A stretch of DNA of 63,920 bases, filler included, from an uncultured Acidimicrobiia bacterium (GTDB taxonomy: Bacteria; Actinomycetota; Acidimicrobiia; Spongiisociales; JAOTWH01): the NCBI GenBank assembly GCA_964347285.1. It is 4 parts of 4 records of this genome, joined end to end, with 100 filler letters (N's around TTAATTAATTAA, not from the genome) between each part and the next. Parts side by side here need not be neighbours in the genome. Positions count along the whole stretch, not along the records: positions 1 to 20,728 come from CAYFYE010000042.1; 3 more parts are not named here. The stretch is one strand, 5' to 3'. The position numbers were made by a program, and so were the translations under genes. The notes below the pieces were generated by a model. The model did no database searches, was not told where the DNA came from, and saw only the letters and a program-made list of their open reading frames with translations. Shown here in pieces: positions 1 through 9,047 of this stretch. Position 1 is the stretch's first letter; every line of letters begins with the position of its first letter.

Positions 1-55
1 TCGGTGCCAGCAGGCTCTTCATGATCCCCGGACATTAACTCGGAGTCCTTATCGC
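1..55 (+). repeat. 55-bp sequence identical to the last 55 bp of the window (63866-63920); probable assembly k-mer overlap
   Basis: tcggtgccagcaggctcttcatgatccccggacattaactcggagtccttatcgc occurs at both ends; it contains the start codon of the lipoprotein gene at 63186-63887. Confidence 0.95.
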
Positions 56-106
56 GGCTCTCACCAAACGGCTGGGGACGTCGACCACCGTGGCACAATT
101 CGGATG

Positions 107-2839
107 ATGGCCGAGTACCCGCAAGGTTGGGAGTTCGACGTAGTCCTCAAGGACGGGGGCGTGGCTCGCCTCCGGCCCATCAGACCTGATGACGCCGATG
201 AGCTGCACGCCTTGTTTCACCGGGCCGGTCCGGCGAGCGTCTATCAGCGCTTCTTCCGCGAGAAGGACGATCTGACCCCCGAGGAACTGGAGTACTTCTC
301 CAACGTCGACTACCAGCGCCGCATGGCCTTCGTGGCCCTGCACGAGGACGACATCATCGGCGTCGGCCGCTACGACCTGCTCGACGACGAGCCGGCCATG
401 GCCGAGGTGGCATTCCTGGTCGCCGATGCTCAGCAGGGCCGGGGGATCGGAACACAGCTGCTGGAGCGACTCACCGACTACGCACGTCTCCGCGGCATCA
501 CCGCGTTTCGCGCCTACGTGCTGGCCGACAACCATGCGATGCTGCGGGTGTTCCGCAACTCCGGCTTCTCTCTCACCCGGGACGACGTCGCCGCCGGCGT
601 CTACACCGTCGAGTTCCCCACCGAGGCATCGCCGGAGGCACGTCGGGCCGAGTGGGAGCGGGAGAAGAGGGCGGTGGCCGCCTCTCTGATGCCGATCTTC
701 TACCCCCATGCGGTGGCGGTCATCGGTGCCAGCCGTGACCCCCAATCGATCGGTGGCCGGCTCTTTGCCAACCTCCTGTCGGGTAACTTCACCGGCCCGC
801 TCTACCCGGTCAATCCCTCGGCGGACGTCGTTCACTCGGTGAAGGCCTATACATCGATCGGCGACGTGCCCGGGCCGGTCGACCTGGCCTTCATCGTCGT
901 ACCGGCCCCGCTGGTCACCAAGGTCGTGGAGGAATGCGCCGAGAAGGGCGTCAAGGGCTTGGTGGTCATCACCGCCGGCTTCTCGGAGACGGGAGACGCA
1001 GGCGGGGTCGCCGAGGCCGATCTCCTCGAGGCGGTGCGGGCCGCCGGCATGCGCATGGTCGGTCCCAACTGCATGGGCGTGCTCAACACCGATCCGGCCG
1101 TCTCCCTCGACGGCCAATTCGGGCCGATCTTTCCGCCCCGGGGCAACGTTGCCATGTCGAGCCAGAGCGGGGCGCTCGGCATCGCCATCCTCGACTATGC
1201 CCGCCAGCTCAACATAGGAATCTCGACCTTCGTCTCGGTCGGCAACAAGGCCGACATCTCCGGTAACGACCTGCTCCTCTATTGGGAAGATGATCCGGCC
1301 ACCGACGTCATCCTCCTCTACCTCGAGTCGTTTGGTAACCCGCGGCGCTTTGCCCGGATCGCCCGCCGCATCGGCAAGCGCAAGCCGATCGTGGCGGTCA
1401 AGTCGGGACGGACCGGGGCCGGAGCCCGGGCTGCGGTCAGCCACACCGGGTCGCTGGCCAGCACCGACGTCGCCGTCGATGCCTTGTTCCACCAGGCCGG
1501 CGTGATTCGCACCGAGACCCTGGAGGAACTGTTCGACGTCGCCGCCTTGCTGGCCAACCAGCCGGTTCCCGAGGGACGCCGGGTCGCCGTGCTCACCAAT
1601 GCCGGAGGTCCCGGGATCCTGGCCGCAGATGCCCTGGAGGCGAACGGTCTCGAGGTCCCCGAGCTCTCCGCCGACCTCCGCGAGCGGCTGGCCGCCGGGC
1701 TCCCCGCCGAGGCATCGACCCGAAACCCGGTAGACATGATCGCCTCCGCCGGGGCGGAGCACTACCGCGCCTGCCTCGATGCTCTCATGGAGAGCGATGA
1801 AGTCGATGCGGTCATCGTCATCCACATCCCGGCGGCGCCGGCCGGATCCGACCAGATCGCCGCAGCGATACGCGAGGAAGCCGAACGCCATCGAGGCGGC
1901 AAGACGATGCTGGCCGTCTTCATGAAGGCAGAAGGTGCTCCGACGGAACTGGCCGGCGATGTGGTCCGGGTGCCCACCTACCTCTTCCCCGAACCGGCTG
2001 CGATGGCCTTGGCCGGCGCCGCCCGCTACGGCGAATGGCGGAGGCGGTCCGAGGGGGAGGTGGCGGCCTTCGCCGGGGTGGCTATCGAGACCGCCCGGCT
2101 CGTAGTGGAAGAGGCGATCGAACGTCTCGGGGACGAGGGAGGTTGGCTCGAGCCGAGAGAGGTGGAAACGGTCCTGGGGAGCTATGGGATAGGGCTGGCC
2201 CGGGCCGGCGTGGCTGCGTCGGCGGCCGAAGCCGCCTCCATTGCCCGCGATATCGACGGCCCGGTGGTGGTGAAGGTGATCTCGCCGTCGGCGGTGCACA
2301 AGTCCGACCTCGGGGGAGTCGAGCTCGATGTCGAGGGACGACGCGAGGCCGCAGCGGCGTTCGAGCGAGTGACGAGCGTCGTCGATGATGCCGAAGGTGC
2401 TCTGGTGCAGGAATTCGTTCCCGGGGGCCACGAGGTGATCCTGGGCATGACCGAGGACCCGTCCTTCGGCCCTCTGCTGGCATTCGGGCTGGGTGGAGTC
2501 TTCGTAGAGCTGATCGGCGACGTAGCGTTTCGCATCCATCCCCTCACCGACGTCGATGCCGCAGACATGATCGGCGAGGTACGCTCGGCCCGCCTCCTCG
2601 AGGGCTACCGGGGGGCAGAACCCGGCGATATCCCCGCCCTCATCGAAGCGATGCAGCGTATGTCCCAGCTGGTGGATGAGCTGCCGGAGATCGTCGAGAT
2701 GGACCTGAACCCGGTGAAGGTGCTGGCCCCCGGCCGCGGTGTCAAGGTGGTGGACGCCCGAATCCGGGTCCGGCCGGTCGAAGGACCGTTCGTGCCCAGC
2801 CGCAAAGACGTTCCTTCGACGGCGCGCCGACGGATCTGA
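107..2839 (+). CDS. GNAT acetyltransferase fused to NDP-forming acyl-CoA synthetase domains (Pat/PatA-like protein lysine acetyltransferase)
   Basis: N-terminal GNAT (AEVAFLVADAQQGRGIGTQLL), CoA-binding domain (VAVIGAS, GPNCMG, SQSGA), SHTGSLA, NPVDM, C-terminal ATP-grasp (HKSDLGGV, EMDLNPV). Start 107 chosen because CACAAT at 94-99 lies 7 nt upstream. Confidence 0.88.
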   Translation: MAEYPQGWEFDVVLKDGGVARLRPIRPDDADELHALFHRAGPASVYQRFFREKDDLTPEELEYFSNVDYQRRMAFVALHEDDIIGVGRYDLLDDEPAMAEVAFLVADAQQGRGIGTQLLERLTDYARLRGITAFRAYVLADNHAMLRVFRNSGFSLTRDDVAAGVYTVEFPTEASPEARRAEWEREKRAVAASLMPIFYPHAVAVIGASRDPQSIGGRLFANLLSGNFTGPLYPVNPSADVVHSVKAYTSIGDVPGPVDLAFIVVPAPLVTKVVEECAEKGVKGLVVITAGFSETGDAGGVAEADLLEAVRAAGMRMVGPNCMGVLNTDPAVSLDGQFGPIFPPRGNVAMSSQSGALGIAILDYARQLNIGISTFVSVGNKADISGNDLLLYWEDDPATDVILLYLESFGNPRRFARIARRIGKRKPIVAVKSGRTGAGARAAVSHTGSLASTDVAVDALFHQAGVIRTETLEELFDVAALLANQPVPEGRRVAVLTNAGGPGILAADALEANGLEVPELSADLRERLAAGLPAEASTRNPVDMIASAGAEHYRACLDALMESDEVDAVIVIHIPAAPAGSDQIAAAIREEAERHRGGKTMLAVFMKAEGAPTELAGDVVRVPTYLFPEPAAMALAGAARYGEWRRRSEGEVAAFAGVAIETARLVVEEAIERLGDEGGWLEPREVETVLGSYGIGLARAGVAASAAEAASIARDIDGPVVVKVISPSAVHKSDLGGVELDVEGRREAAAAFERVTSVVDDAEGALVQEFVPGGHEVILGMTEDPSFGPLLAFGLGGVFVELIGDVAFRIHPLTDVDAADMIGEVRSARLLEGYRGAEPGDIPALIEAMQRMSQLVDELPEIVEMDLNPVKVLAPGRGVKVVDARIRVRPVEGPFVPSRKDVPSTARRRI

Positions 2840-2939
2840 NNNNNNNNNNNNNNNNNNNNNNNNNNNNNNNNNNNNNNNNNNNNNNNNNNNNNNNNNNNNN
2901 NNNNNNNNNNNNNNNNNNNNNNNNNNNNNNNNNNNNNNN
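2840..2939. other. scaffold gap (100 N)
   Basis: run of N without linker. Confidence 0.99.
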
Positions 2940-2953
2940 CGCGGCGACGCTTG

Positions 2954-3018
2954 AGGGACGTCTCTCGTAGCCCGGGGCCCAAAGGCCTCTGGGAACGGGG
3001 CGACGCCCGCCGTAAGTT
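2954..3018 (+). promoter_or_regulatory. putative DosR/OsdR-type box(es) and -10 element of the Na+/Ca2+ antiporter gene
   Basis: GGGGCCCAAAGGCCTC at 2974-2989, centred about -43.5 from TAAGTT (3013-3018); half-site AGGGAC at 2954. Confidence 0.55.
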
Positions 3019-3045
3019 GGAGACGGCCGTGGAGTCACGGGATCT

Positions 3046-3975
3046 ATGGCTCTCGTGTGGATTGCCGTCATGGTGGTCGGTTTCGGGGTGGCCGTCGTCG
3101 CCAGCCGCCGTGCCATCCATCACGGCTCCGCCCTCGCCTCCGCCACGAGAATCCCGCCGTTCATCGTCGGCATCACCCTCTTTGCGGTGGGCACCGACTT
3201 GCCGGAGATTGCCAACTCGATCGTCGCCTCGGCGAGCGGTCACGGCGACATCAACGTCGGAGACTCCGTCGGCTCGGCGGCCACCCAGTCCACCCTGATC
3301 CTGGGGATTCTTCCTCTGGCCGGGGGAGCGTTCGTGGTCGGGCGGCGGCGAATCACCGGCATCGCGCTGGCGACGGTGGTCGCCCTGCTGGGAGGGGCCT
3401 GGCTGATGGCGGACGGCAGGTTGTCGCGCATCGATGCCCTACTGCTGGTGGCGGGGTGGCTGGCCGGTTCGCTGATCCTTTTTCGCCATCCACCACCCGG
3501 GTCGGAGGCGGTGATGGCGGTGCCGGTTCGCCATCCCATCCACAACGCCGTGGCCGCCGTGATTGCGCTGGGGGCGGTGGGGGTCGGGGCCTCCCTCGCC
3601 GTGCTCGCGTTCGTGCGGCTGGCCGAGCTGCTGTCGGTGTCGGAGTACATCATCACATTCATCGTGGCGTCGCTCGGCACGTCTCTGCCCGAGCTCGTCG
3701 TCACCGTCATCGCGCTGCGGGCGGGGGCATGCGATCTGGCCATCGGTGACATCACCGGGGCATCGTTCGTGGATTCGACCCTGTCGATCGGCATTGGGCC
3801 GCTGTTTGTTCCCACCGCCGTCACCGCGTCGCTCGCCGTCCGGGGCAGCCTGGCGACCGCCGGAGCCATCATCACCGTCGTGGCATTGTTGGCCTTCACC
3901 CGGCGCAACGACCGGCGCACCGGGCTGGTGCTGATTGCGATCTACGGCGCCGTGTTCGCCACCGTGCTGATGTAG
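3046..3975 (+). CDS. sodium:calcium antiporter family (CaCA/YrbG-like)
   Basis: very hydrophobic 309 aa; two alpha-repeat motifs GTDLPEI and GTSLPEL. Confidence 0.88.
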   Translation: MALVWIAVMVVGFGVAVVASRRAIHHGSALASATRIPPFIVGITLFAVGTDLPEIANSIVASASGHGDINVGDSVGSAATQSTLILGILPLAGGAFVVGRRRITGIALATVVALLGGAWLMADGRLSRIDALLLVAGWLAGSLILFRHPPPGSEAVMAVPVRHPIHNAVAAVIALGAVGVGASLAVLAFVRLAELLSVSEYIITFIVASLGTSLPELVVTVIALRAGACDLAIGDITGASFVDSTLSIGIGPLFVPTAVTASLAVRGSLATAGAIITVVALLAFTRRNDRRTGLVLIAIYGAVFATVLM

Positions 3976-3979
3976 CTGT

Positions 3980-5743
3980 TCACACCAGCCCGACCACATC
4001 CCACAGCCACGACACCACGGTCACCAGCAGGCCGATACCGGCCAGATCCAGGATGATTCCGGTCCGGAAGACCTCGGTCGTCGTGAACAGGCGACTGGAG
4101 TAGGCGATCATGGTCGGCGGGGTCCCGATGACCAGGGCGAAGTCCACCGACGAGGCGATGGCCACGACGACGACGAGAAGAACCGGGTCGACGCCGAGGA
4201 TCCCGGCCAGCGGGATGGCCAGCGGCACCAGCATGGCGGCGGTGGCCGTGTTGGAGGCCACGGTGGTCAGGCCGAGGGCGAGCAGAGCGACCGCCGCCAC
4301 CCCGATGCCGGACGGCACACTGGAGATGCCTTCCAGGCGGGTGGCCAGCCAGTCGGAGGTCCCCGAGGAGACCAGGAATACCCCGAGGGTGAGGCCTCCC
4401 CCGAAGGTCAGCAGCGACGCCCAGGAGATCCGCCCCAGGTCCTCGGGCCGGGACTTGCCGAGGACCGCCAGCACGACGACGCCGGCCACGGCCACGATTC
4501 CGGTGTTGAGACCGTTCCACGTCTGCGTGAGCCACACCGCCATGACGGCTGCGAAGACCCCCAGCACGACCAGCTGATCCCGAGTGGGTCGTCCGGCTTG
4601 GTCGAGTTCGGCTGCGGCCGCCCGGCGAGAGCGCTCGAAGGCCGCCCGATCTACGACCACCCGGGAGCGTCGCCATAGGTACAAGCCCATGAGCGGCAGA
4701 AAGATCACCACCATCGGGAGGCCGAACGCGAACCAACCCACGAAGCTGATCTGGCGACCCACGAACGTGTCGAGGAACTCGATGGCGAGCGGATTGGCCG
4801 GCGTGCCGATGGCGCTGCCGACTCCACCGATGGTTGCCGCATAGGCGATACCGAGCACCATCGCCTTGCGGTAGCGGAGGTGGGCGATGGGAGCGGTGAC
4901 GGCCAGGGCAATGGGTAGAAGGACCGCCGTGGCCGCCGTGTTCGACATCCACATCGACATGAATGCCGATACGCCCAGCATCGCTCCGAACAGCGCCGCC
5001 GGGCTGCGACCGGCCCGGGCCACGATCGAGATCGCGGCCAGATGGTCGAGGCCGACGCGCCGCATCGCCTCGGCCATCATGAAGCCCCCGAAGAACAAGG
5101 CGATGATGGGGTGAAAGAACGGGGCCAGGGCGTCTGGTGCGGTGGCCACGTCGCCCACCACCAGGACGACCGGGATGATGAGGGCGGTGACGAAGAGGGG
5201 GACGGCCTCGGTGATCCACAGGACGATGACCAGTCCCAGGAGGCCGAGGACTACGCCGGAGCGCACCGGGGGACGGCGAACGGCTTCGAGCACCCGGTCG
5301 TCGGGGTCCCAGCGCAGCACCGGGATGAGTTCGTCGCTGCCGTCGGCGAGGGTCACCTGAAGCGTGACGTCGCTCAGATCGGGCCTCAGGGCCGCGTCGT
5401 TCCGGGCGGCGGCGATGGTTGCCCGGATCGGCTCCGTGTTGCTCACTCCCTCGGGGAAGCGGGCGGCGAGGCTGATCCCGCCGACCCGTCCCTCCAACTC
5501 CACCGATGGGTCTGCACCGATCTCGACGGCGGCGCTATCCACCACCGTCTCCCGGTATGAGAGCGAAACGCGACCCGGACCCGCCGGCCAATCCGGCGGA
5601 GCCAGCAGGGCACCGGTCAGTGTGGCTGCGACGGCCGCCAGAGCCACCCATCCGCTGAGCCGTATTCCAGCCCGGGGATCGTAAGGCTCGGTGATCCGCT
5701 GCTGATCGGGAGGAGGTGCGTCGCGACTCGCCATCGTCTCCAT
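3980..5743 (-). CDS. SLC13/DASS family Na+-coupled anion symporter with an extra soluble N-terminal insert
   Basis: LWITEAVP, SMWMSNTAATA, IGTPAN, ASNTATAA, GTPP motifs; start approximate. Confidence 0.88.
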   Translation of the reverse strand: METMASRDAPPPDQQRITEPYDPRAGIRLSGWVALAAVAATLTGALLAPPDWPAGPGRVSLSYRETVVDSAAVEIGADPSVELEGRVGGISLAARFPEGVSNTEPIRATIAAARNDAALRPDLSDVTLQVTLADGSDELIPVLRWDPDDRVLEAVRRPPVRSGVVLGLLGLVIVLWITEAVPLFVTALIIPVVLVVGDVATAPDALAPFFHPIIALFFGGFMMAEAMRRVGLDHLAAISIVARAGRSPAALFGAMLGVSAFMSMWMSNTAATAVLLPIALAVTAPIAHLRYRKAMVLGIAYAATIGGVGSAIGTPANPLAIEFLDTFVGRQISFVGWFAFGLPMVVIFLPLMGLYLWRRSRVVVDRAAFERSRRAAAAELDQAGRPTRDQLVVLGVFAAVMAVWLTQTWNGLNTGIVAVAGVVVLAVLGKSRPEDLGRISWASLLTFGGGLTLGVFLVSSGTSDWLATRLEGISSVPSGIGVAAVALLALGLTTVASNTATAAMLVPLAIPLAGILGVDPVLLVVVVAIASSVDFALVIGTPPTMIAYSSRLFTTTEVFRTGIILDLAGIGLLVTVVSWLWDVVGLV

Positions 5744-5762
5744 GCCAGAGCGGCTACCCGGC

Positions 5763-5806
5763 ATTGTGCAGGGCCGGCCGGGCCGGCACGAGGCCCAGAG
5801 GTCACC
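5763..5806 (-). promoter_or_regulatory. putative DosR/OsdR-type box and -10 element of the DASS transporter gene
   Basis: GGTGACCTCTGGGCCT (minus strand, 5791-5806), centred -42.5 from CACAAT (5763-5768). Confidence 0.5.
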
Positions 5807-5845
5807 CCTTCGACCGCAAACGTCCCTTGAGGTCGGTTGTCGGGC

Positions 5846-6307
5846 TCAGAGCCGGCCGGGTCGGAGTCGGGGCTTGAGGTCCCGACCCGAGCTGCGTCCG
5901 GTCACCTCGTCGATGGGGACGGCGACGACCTTGCTGGCGTCGGCCAGGTTGGGGCCCTGAGAGAAGGAAAGCACCGAGGGAATGGCCTCGCGGTACTTCT
6001 CCAGGAGCAGCGCAATGGCCTCGCCGGCCTGGTGGGCATCGTCGACCACGTAGGCGTCGCCCCAGACGCACACGCTGTCCCAGGCGTCGTGCTCGGCGTC
6101 CACCGCACTCGCTTCGACGCACACCCGGGGATGCTCGGCGATGGCATCGAGGCGCCGCCCTCCTCCGGTCCGGAAGTAGAGCTCGTTCTGGCCGACCGCG
6201 AACGAGATCGGCGTCACGTAGGGTTCACCGCCGGCGACCACGGCCAAGTGGGCTACGTCCTGACCTCTGAGGAAATCGATCGCTTCTTCCGGGGAGAGGT
6301 CGCGCAT
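5846..6307 (-). CDS. pyridoxamine 5'-phosphate oxidase-like flavin-binding protein (NimA-like)
   Basis: LSPEEAIDFL..HLAV...PYVTPISF...PRVCVEA...WDSVCVWG...VTGR split-barrel pattern; starts 4 nt after the ppdK stop. Confidence 0.82.
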   Translation of the reverse strand: MRDLSPEEAIDFLRGQDVAHLAVVAGGEPYVTPISFAVGQNELYFRTGGGRRLDAIAEHPRVCVEASAVDAEHDAWDSVCVWGDAYVVDDAHQAGEAIALLLEKYREAIPSVLSFSQGPNLADASKVVAVPIDEVTGRSSGRDLKPRLRPGRL

Positions 6308-6311
6308 CACC

Positions 6312-8957
6312 CTAAACCGAAGCCTGTCCCCCGGCTTCACCGAGGGCCGCCTGAGCGGCGGACAGCCGCGCTACCGGAACACGCGGCGGACTGCACGAGA
6401 CGTAGTCGAGGCCGGCCTTGTGGAAGAAGGCGATGGAAGGAGGGTCTCCTCCGTGCTCGCCGCATATCCCAACGATGAGGCGGGGGTTGACCGCCTTGCC
6501 GTCGCTGGTGGCCCGCTGAACCAGCTGGCCGACACCCCGGGTGTCGAGGACTTCGAAGGGATTCTCGGTCAGCAGGCCCTCTTCCTCGTAGCGGCCCAGA
6601 AACGAGGTCTCGGCGTCGTCTCGGCTGAGCCCGAAGGTGGTCTGGGTGAGGTCGTTGGTGCCGAAGGAGAAGAAGTCGGCCTCTGCCGCGATCTCATCGG
6701 CGGTGAGGGCTGCCCGGGGTACCTCGATCATCGTTCCGATCTTGATCTCGGGGAAGTGCTTGTGGCGGCCGGACGCTTCGTCGATCTCTGCTTCGATCAT
6801 CGTCCGCATCCGGCGCAGCTCCTCCGCCGTGGACACGAGGGGAATCATGATCTCCAGCATGGGGCGCCCCCCATCGGCCAGTCGCTTCTCCACCGCCTCC
6901 AGGGCGGACCGGACCTGCATCCGGTAGATCTCCGGCAGCAGGACCCCGAGCCGGACGCCGCGCAGCCCGAGCATCGGATTGGCCTCTTCCCACTTGGCCA
7001 CGGTGGCCATGAGCTCTTCGATCTCGGCGGCGTCTTCCCCGGCCAGCAGACGTGCCACCCGCTGGTTCTCCAGCTCCCAGCGGTCGGGGAGGAATTCGTG
7101 AAGAGGCGGGTCGAGCAGGCGGACCACGACCTCCAGGCCGTCCATAACCTCGAGTAATCCGGTGAAATCGGACACCTGCAGGGCACGCAACTGCTCGAGA
7201 GCTTCGGCCCGATCGTCCTCGGTCTCGGCCAGTATGGCTTGGCGTACCACCGGAAGGCGCTCGCCGAGGAACATGTGCTCGGTGCGGGCCAGGCCGATGC
7301 CTTCGGCTCCCCAGCCCCGAGCCACTCGAGCATCCTCGGCGGTGTCGGCGTTGGCCCGGACCCCGAGGCGCCGGTAGCGATCGGCCCAGCCCAGCAACAG
7401 CTCGAGTTCGGGCGTGGGTTCGGGCTCCACCAGGTCGAGCCGCCCCAAATACAGTCGACCGGTGGTGCCGTCGATGGTGATCTCATCCCCCTCGGCGATG
7501 ACGTGACCACCAACGGTGGCGCGGCGGTTCGCGGCGTCGACATCGAGGGCCGCGGTGCCGGTCACCGCCGGTGTGCCCATGCCCCGGGCCACCACTGCGG
7601 CGTGACTGGTCTTGCCACCGTGACTGGTGAGGATGCCGGCCGCAGCCGCCATGCCGTGGATGTCGTCGGGCGTGGTCTCCCAGCGCACCAGGATCACCCG
7701 ACGCCCGTCCTTGGCCCATTCCTCGGCGTGGTCGGCGTCGAAGACCGCCTGCCCTGCGGCTGCCCCCGGCGACGCGGCCACGCCGGACGCCACCGGCGTC
7801 TCCTCGACGTCCGGCGGCACGTAGGGATGAAGCAGCTGATCGAGCGCGGCCGGGTCGACCCGCAGCACCGCTTCACTCCGGTCGATGAGCCGCTCCCCCA
7901 CCATGTCGGTGGCGATGCGGATCGCCGCCCGGGCCGTCCGTTTGCCGACCCTGGTTTGGAGGATCCACAGCTTCTCGCGCTCGATCGTGAACTCGATGTC
8001 GCACATGTCGCGGTAGTGGCGCTCGAGCGAGTCCATGATCTTGACGAGCTGGGCGTGGTTGGCCGGATGCCGCTCGCCGAGCTCCTCCAGGGTGAGGGTG
8101 TTGCGGATGCCGGCGACGACGTCCTCGCCCTGGGCATTGGGGAGGTAGTCGCCGTAGCGGATGTGCTCGCCGGAGCCGGGATCGCGGGTGAAGCACACCC
8201 CAGTGCCCGAGTCGTCGCCGAGATCTCCGAACACCATCATCTGCACGTTGCAGGCGGTTCCCAGCTCGTGCGAGATGTTGTGGAGGCGCCGATAGGCGAT
8301 GGCCCGGCGGTTGTTCCACGATTCGAACACCGCCCGAACCGCCGCCTCCAGCTGTTGGTGCGGTTCGGCAGGTATCTCACCCCCGTGGTCGGCGACGACC
8401 GCCTGGAAGCTCCGGGTGGCCCGTTCGAGTTCATCGGCGTTGAGTTCGGCGTCGTCCGCCACGCTGCGCTCACCCCGGAGTTCGGCGAGGACCGCCTCGA
8501 AAGCGTCGCCGGGAACGCTCAGGACCACCTTGCCGTACGTCTGGACGAACCGCCGGTAGGCATCCCAGGCGAAGCGCTCGTCTTCTGCCCAAGCCGCCAA
8601 CCGGATGACCACCTGGTCGTTCAGGCCGAGGTTGAGGACCGTGTCCATCATGCCCGGCATCGAGAACTTTGCCCCCGAGCGCACCGATACCAGCAAGGGA
8701 GCCGCCGTTGTGGATCCGAACTGACGGCCGCTGCGGGCCTCCAGGCCGCGCAGGGCGTCGAGGGTCTCGTCCCACAGCCCTTGCGGAAACTCGTTGGCGC
8801 TGAGGTAGGCACGGCACGCCTGGGTGGTAATTGTGAATCCAGGCGGCACCGGCAGCCCCAGCCGGGTCATCTCGGCCAATCCGGCACCTTTGCCCCCCAA
8901 GAGATCCTTGGCACGGCCGTCTCCCTCGTGGAAGTCGTAGACGTAGCGCATCGCCAT
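6312..8957 (-). CDS. ppdK: pyruvate, phosphate dikinase
   Basis: LLGGKGAGLAEM, SVRSGA.FSMPGMMDTVLNLG, GGKTSHAAVVARGMG (phospho-His), FFSFGTNDLTQ, GICGEHGGDP; start 8957 or 8951. Confidence 0.97.
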   Translation of the reverse strand: MAMRYVYDFHEGDGRAKDLLGGKGAGLAEMTRLGLPVPPGFTITTQACRAYLSANEFPQGLWDETLDALRGLEARSGRQFGSTTAAPLLVSVRSGAKFSMPGMMDTVLNLGLNDQVVIRLAAWAEDERFAWDAYRRFVQTYGKVVLSVPGDAFEAVLAELRGERSVADDAELNADELERATRSFQAVVADHGGEIPAEPHQQLEAAVRAVFESWNNRRAIAYRRLHNISHELGTACNVQMMVFGDLGDDSGTGVCFTRDPGSGEHIRYGDYLPNAQGEDVVAGIRNTLTLEELGERHPANHAQLVKIMDSLERHYRDMCDIEFTIEREKLWILQTRVGKRTARAAIRIATDMVGERLIDRSEAVLRVDPAALDQLLHPYVPPDVEETPVASGVAASPGAAAGQAVFDADHAEEWAKDGRRVILVRWETTPDDIHGMAAAAGILTSHGGKTSHAAVVARGMGTPAVTGTAALDVDAANRRATVGGHVIAEGDEITIDGTTGRLYLGRLDLVEPEPTPELELLLGWADRYRRLGVRANADTAEDARVARGWGAEGIGLARTEHMFLGERLPVVRQAILAETEDDRAEALEQLRALQVSDFTGLLEVMDGLEVVVRLLDPPLHEFLPDRWELENQRVARLLAGEDAAEIEELMATVAKWEEANPMLGLRGVRLGVLLPEIYRMQVRSALEAVEKRLADGGRPMLEIMIPLVSTAEELRRMRTMIEAEIDEASGRHKHFPEIKIGTMIEVPRAALTADEIAAEADFFSFGTNDLTQTTFGLSRDDAETSFLGRYEEEGLLTENPFEVLDTRGVGQLVQRATSDGKAVNPRLIVGICGEHGGDPPSIAFFHKAGLDYVSCSPPRVPVARLSAAQAALGEAGGQASV

Positions 8958-8979
8958 CCCCGCAGATTGCCTGGCAACA

Positions 8980-9022
8980 AGTCTGTTCGCAAGCAGATAT
9001 TCGGCCAGGGTCAATAGTCACT
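8980..9022 (-). promoter_or_regulatory. DosR-type box and -10 element upstream of ppdK
   Basis: AGTGACTATTGACCCT (minus strand, 9007-9022) is close to the GGGACTWWAGTCCC consensus; centred -41.5 from CAGACT (8980-8985). Confidence 0.7.
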
Positions 9023-9047
9023 AGGTGAGGGGCCGGACGCCGGTCGT

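Noticed and set aside
73..89. Possible DosR box upstream of the Pat-like gene (GGGGACGTCGACCAC)
   Set aside because: Half-site spacing is off by one and it abuts the -10 instead of lying near -42.
35..2539. Long antisense ORFs (e.g. 35-2539, 7239-9017, 11704-14517, 14428-16254, 18003-20027, 59038-60573)
   Set aside because: Shadow ORFs of real genes, expected in GC-rich DNA; no family motifs.
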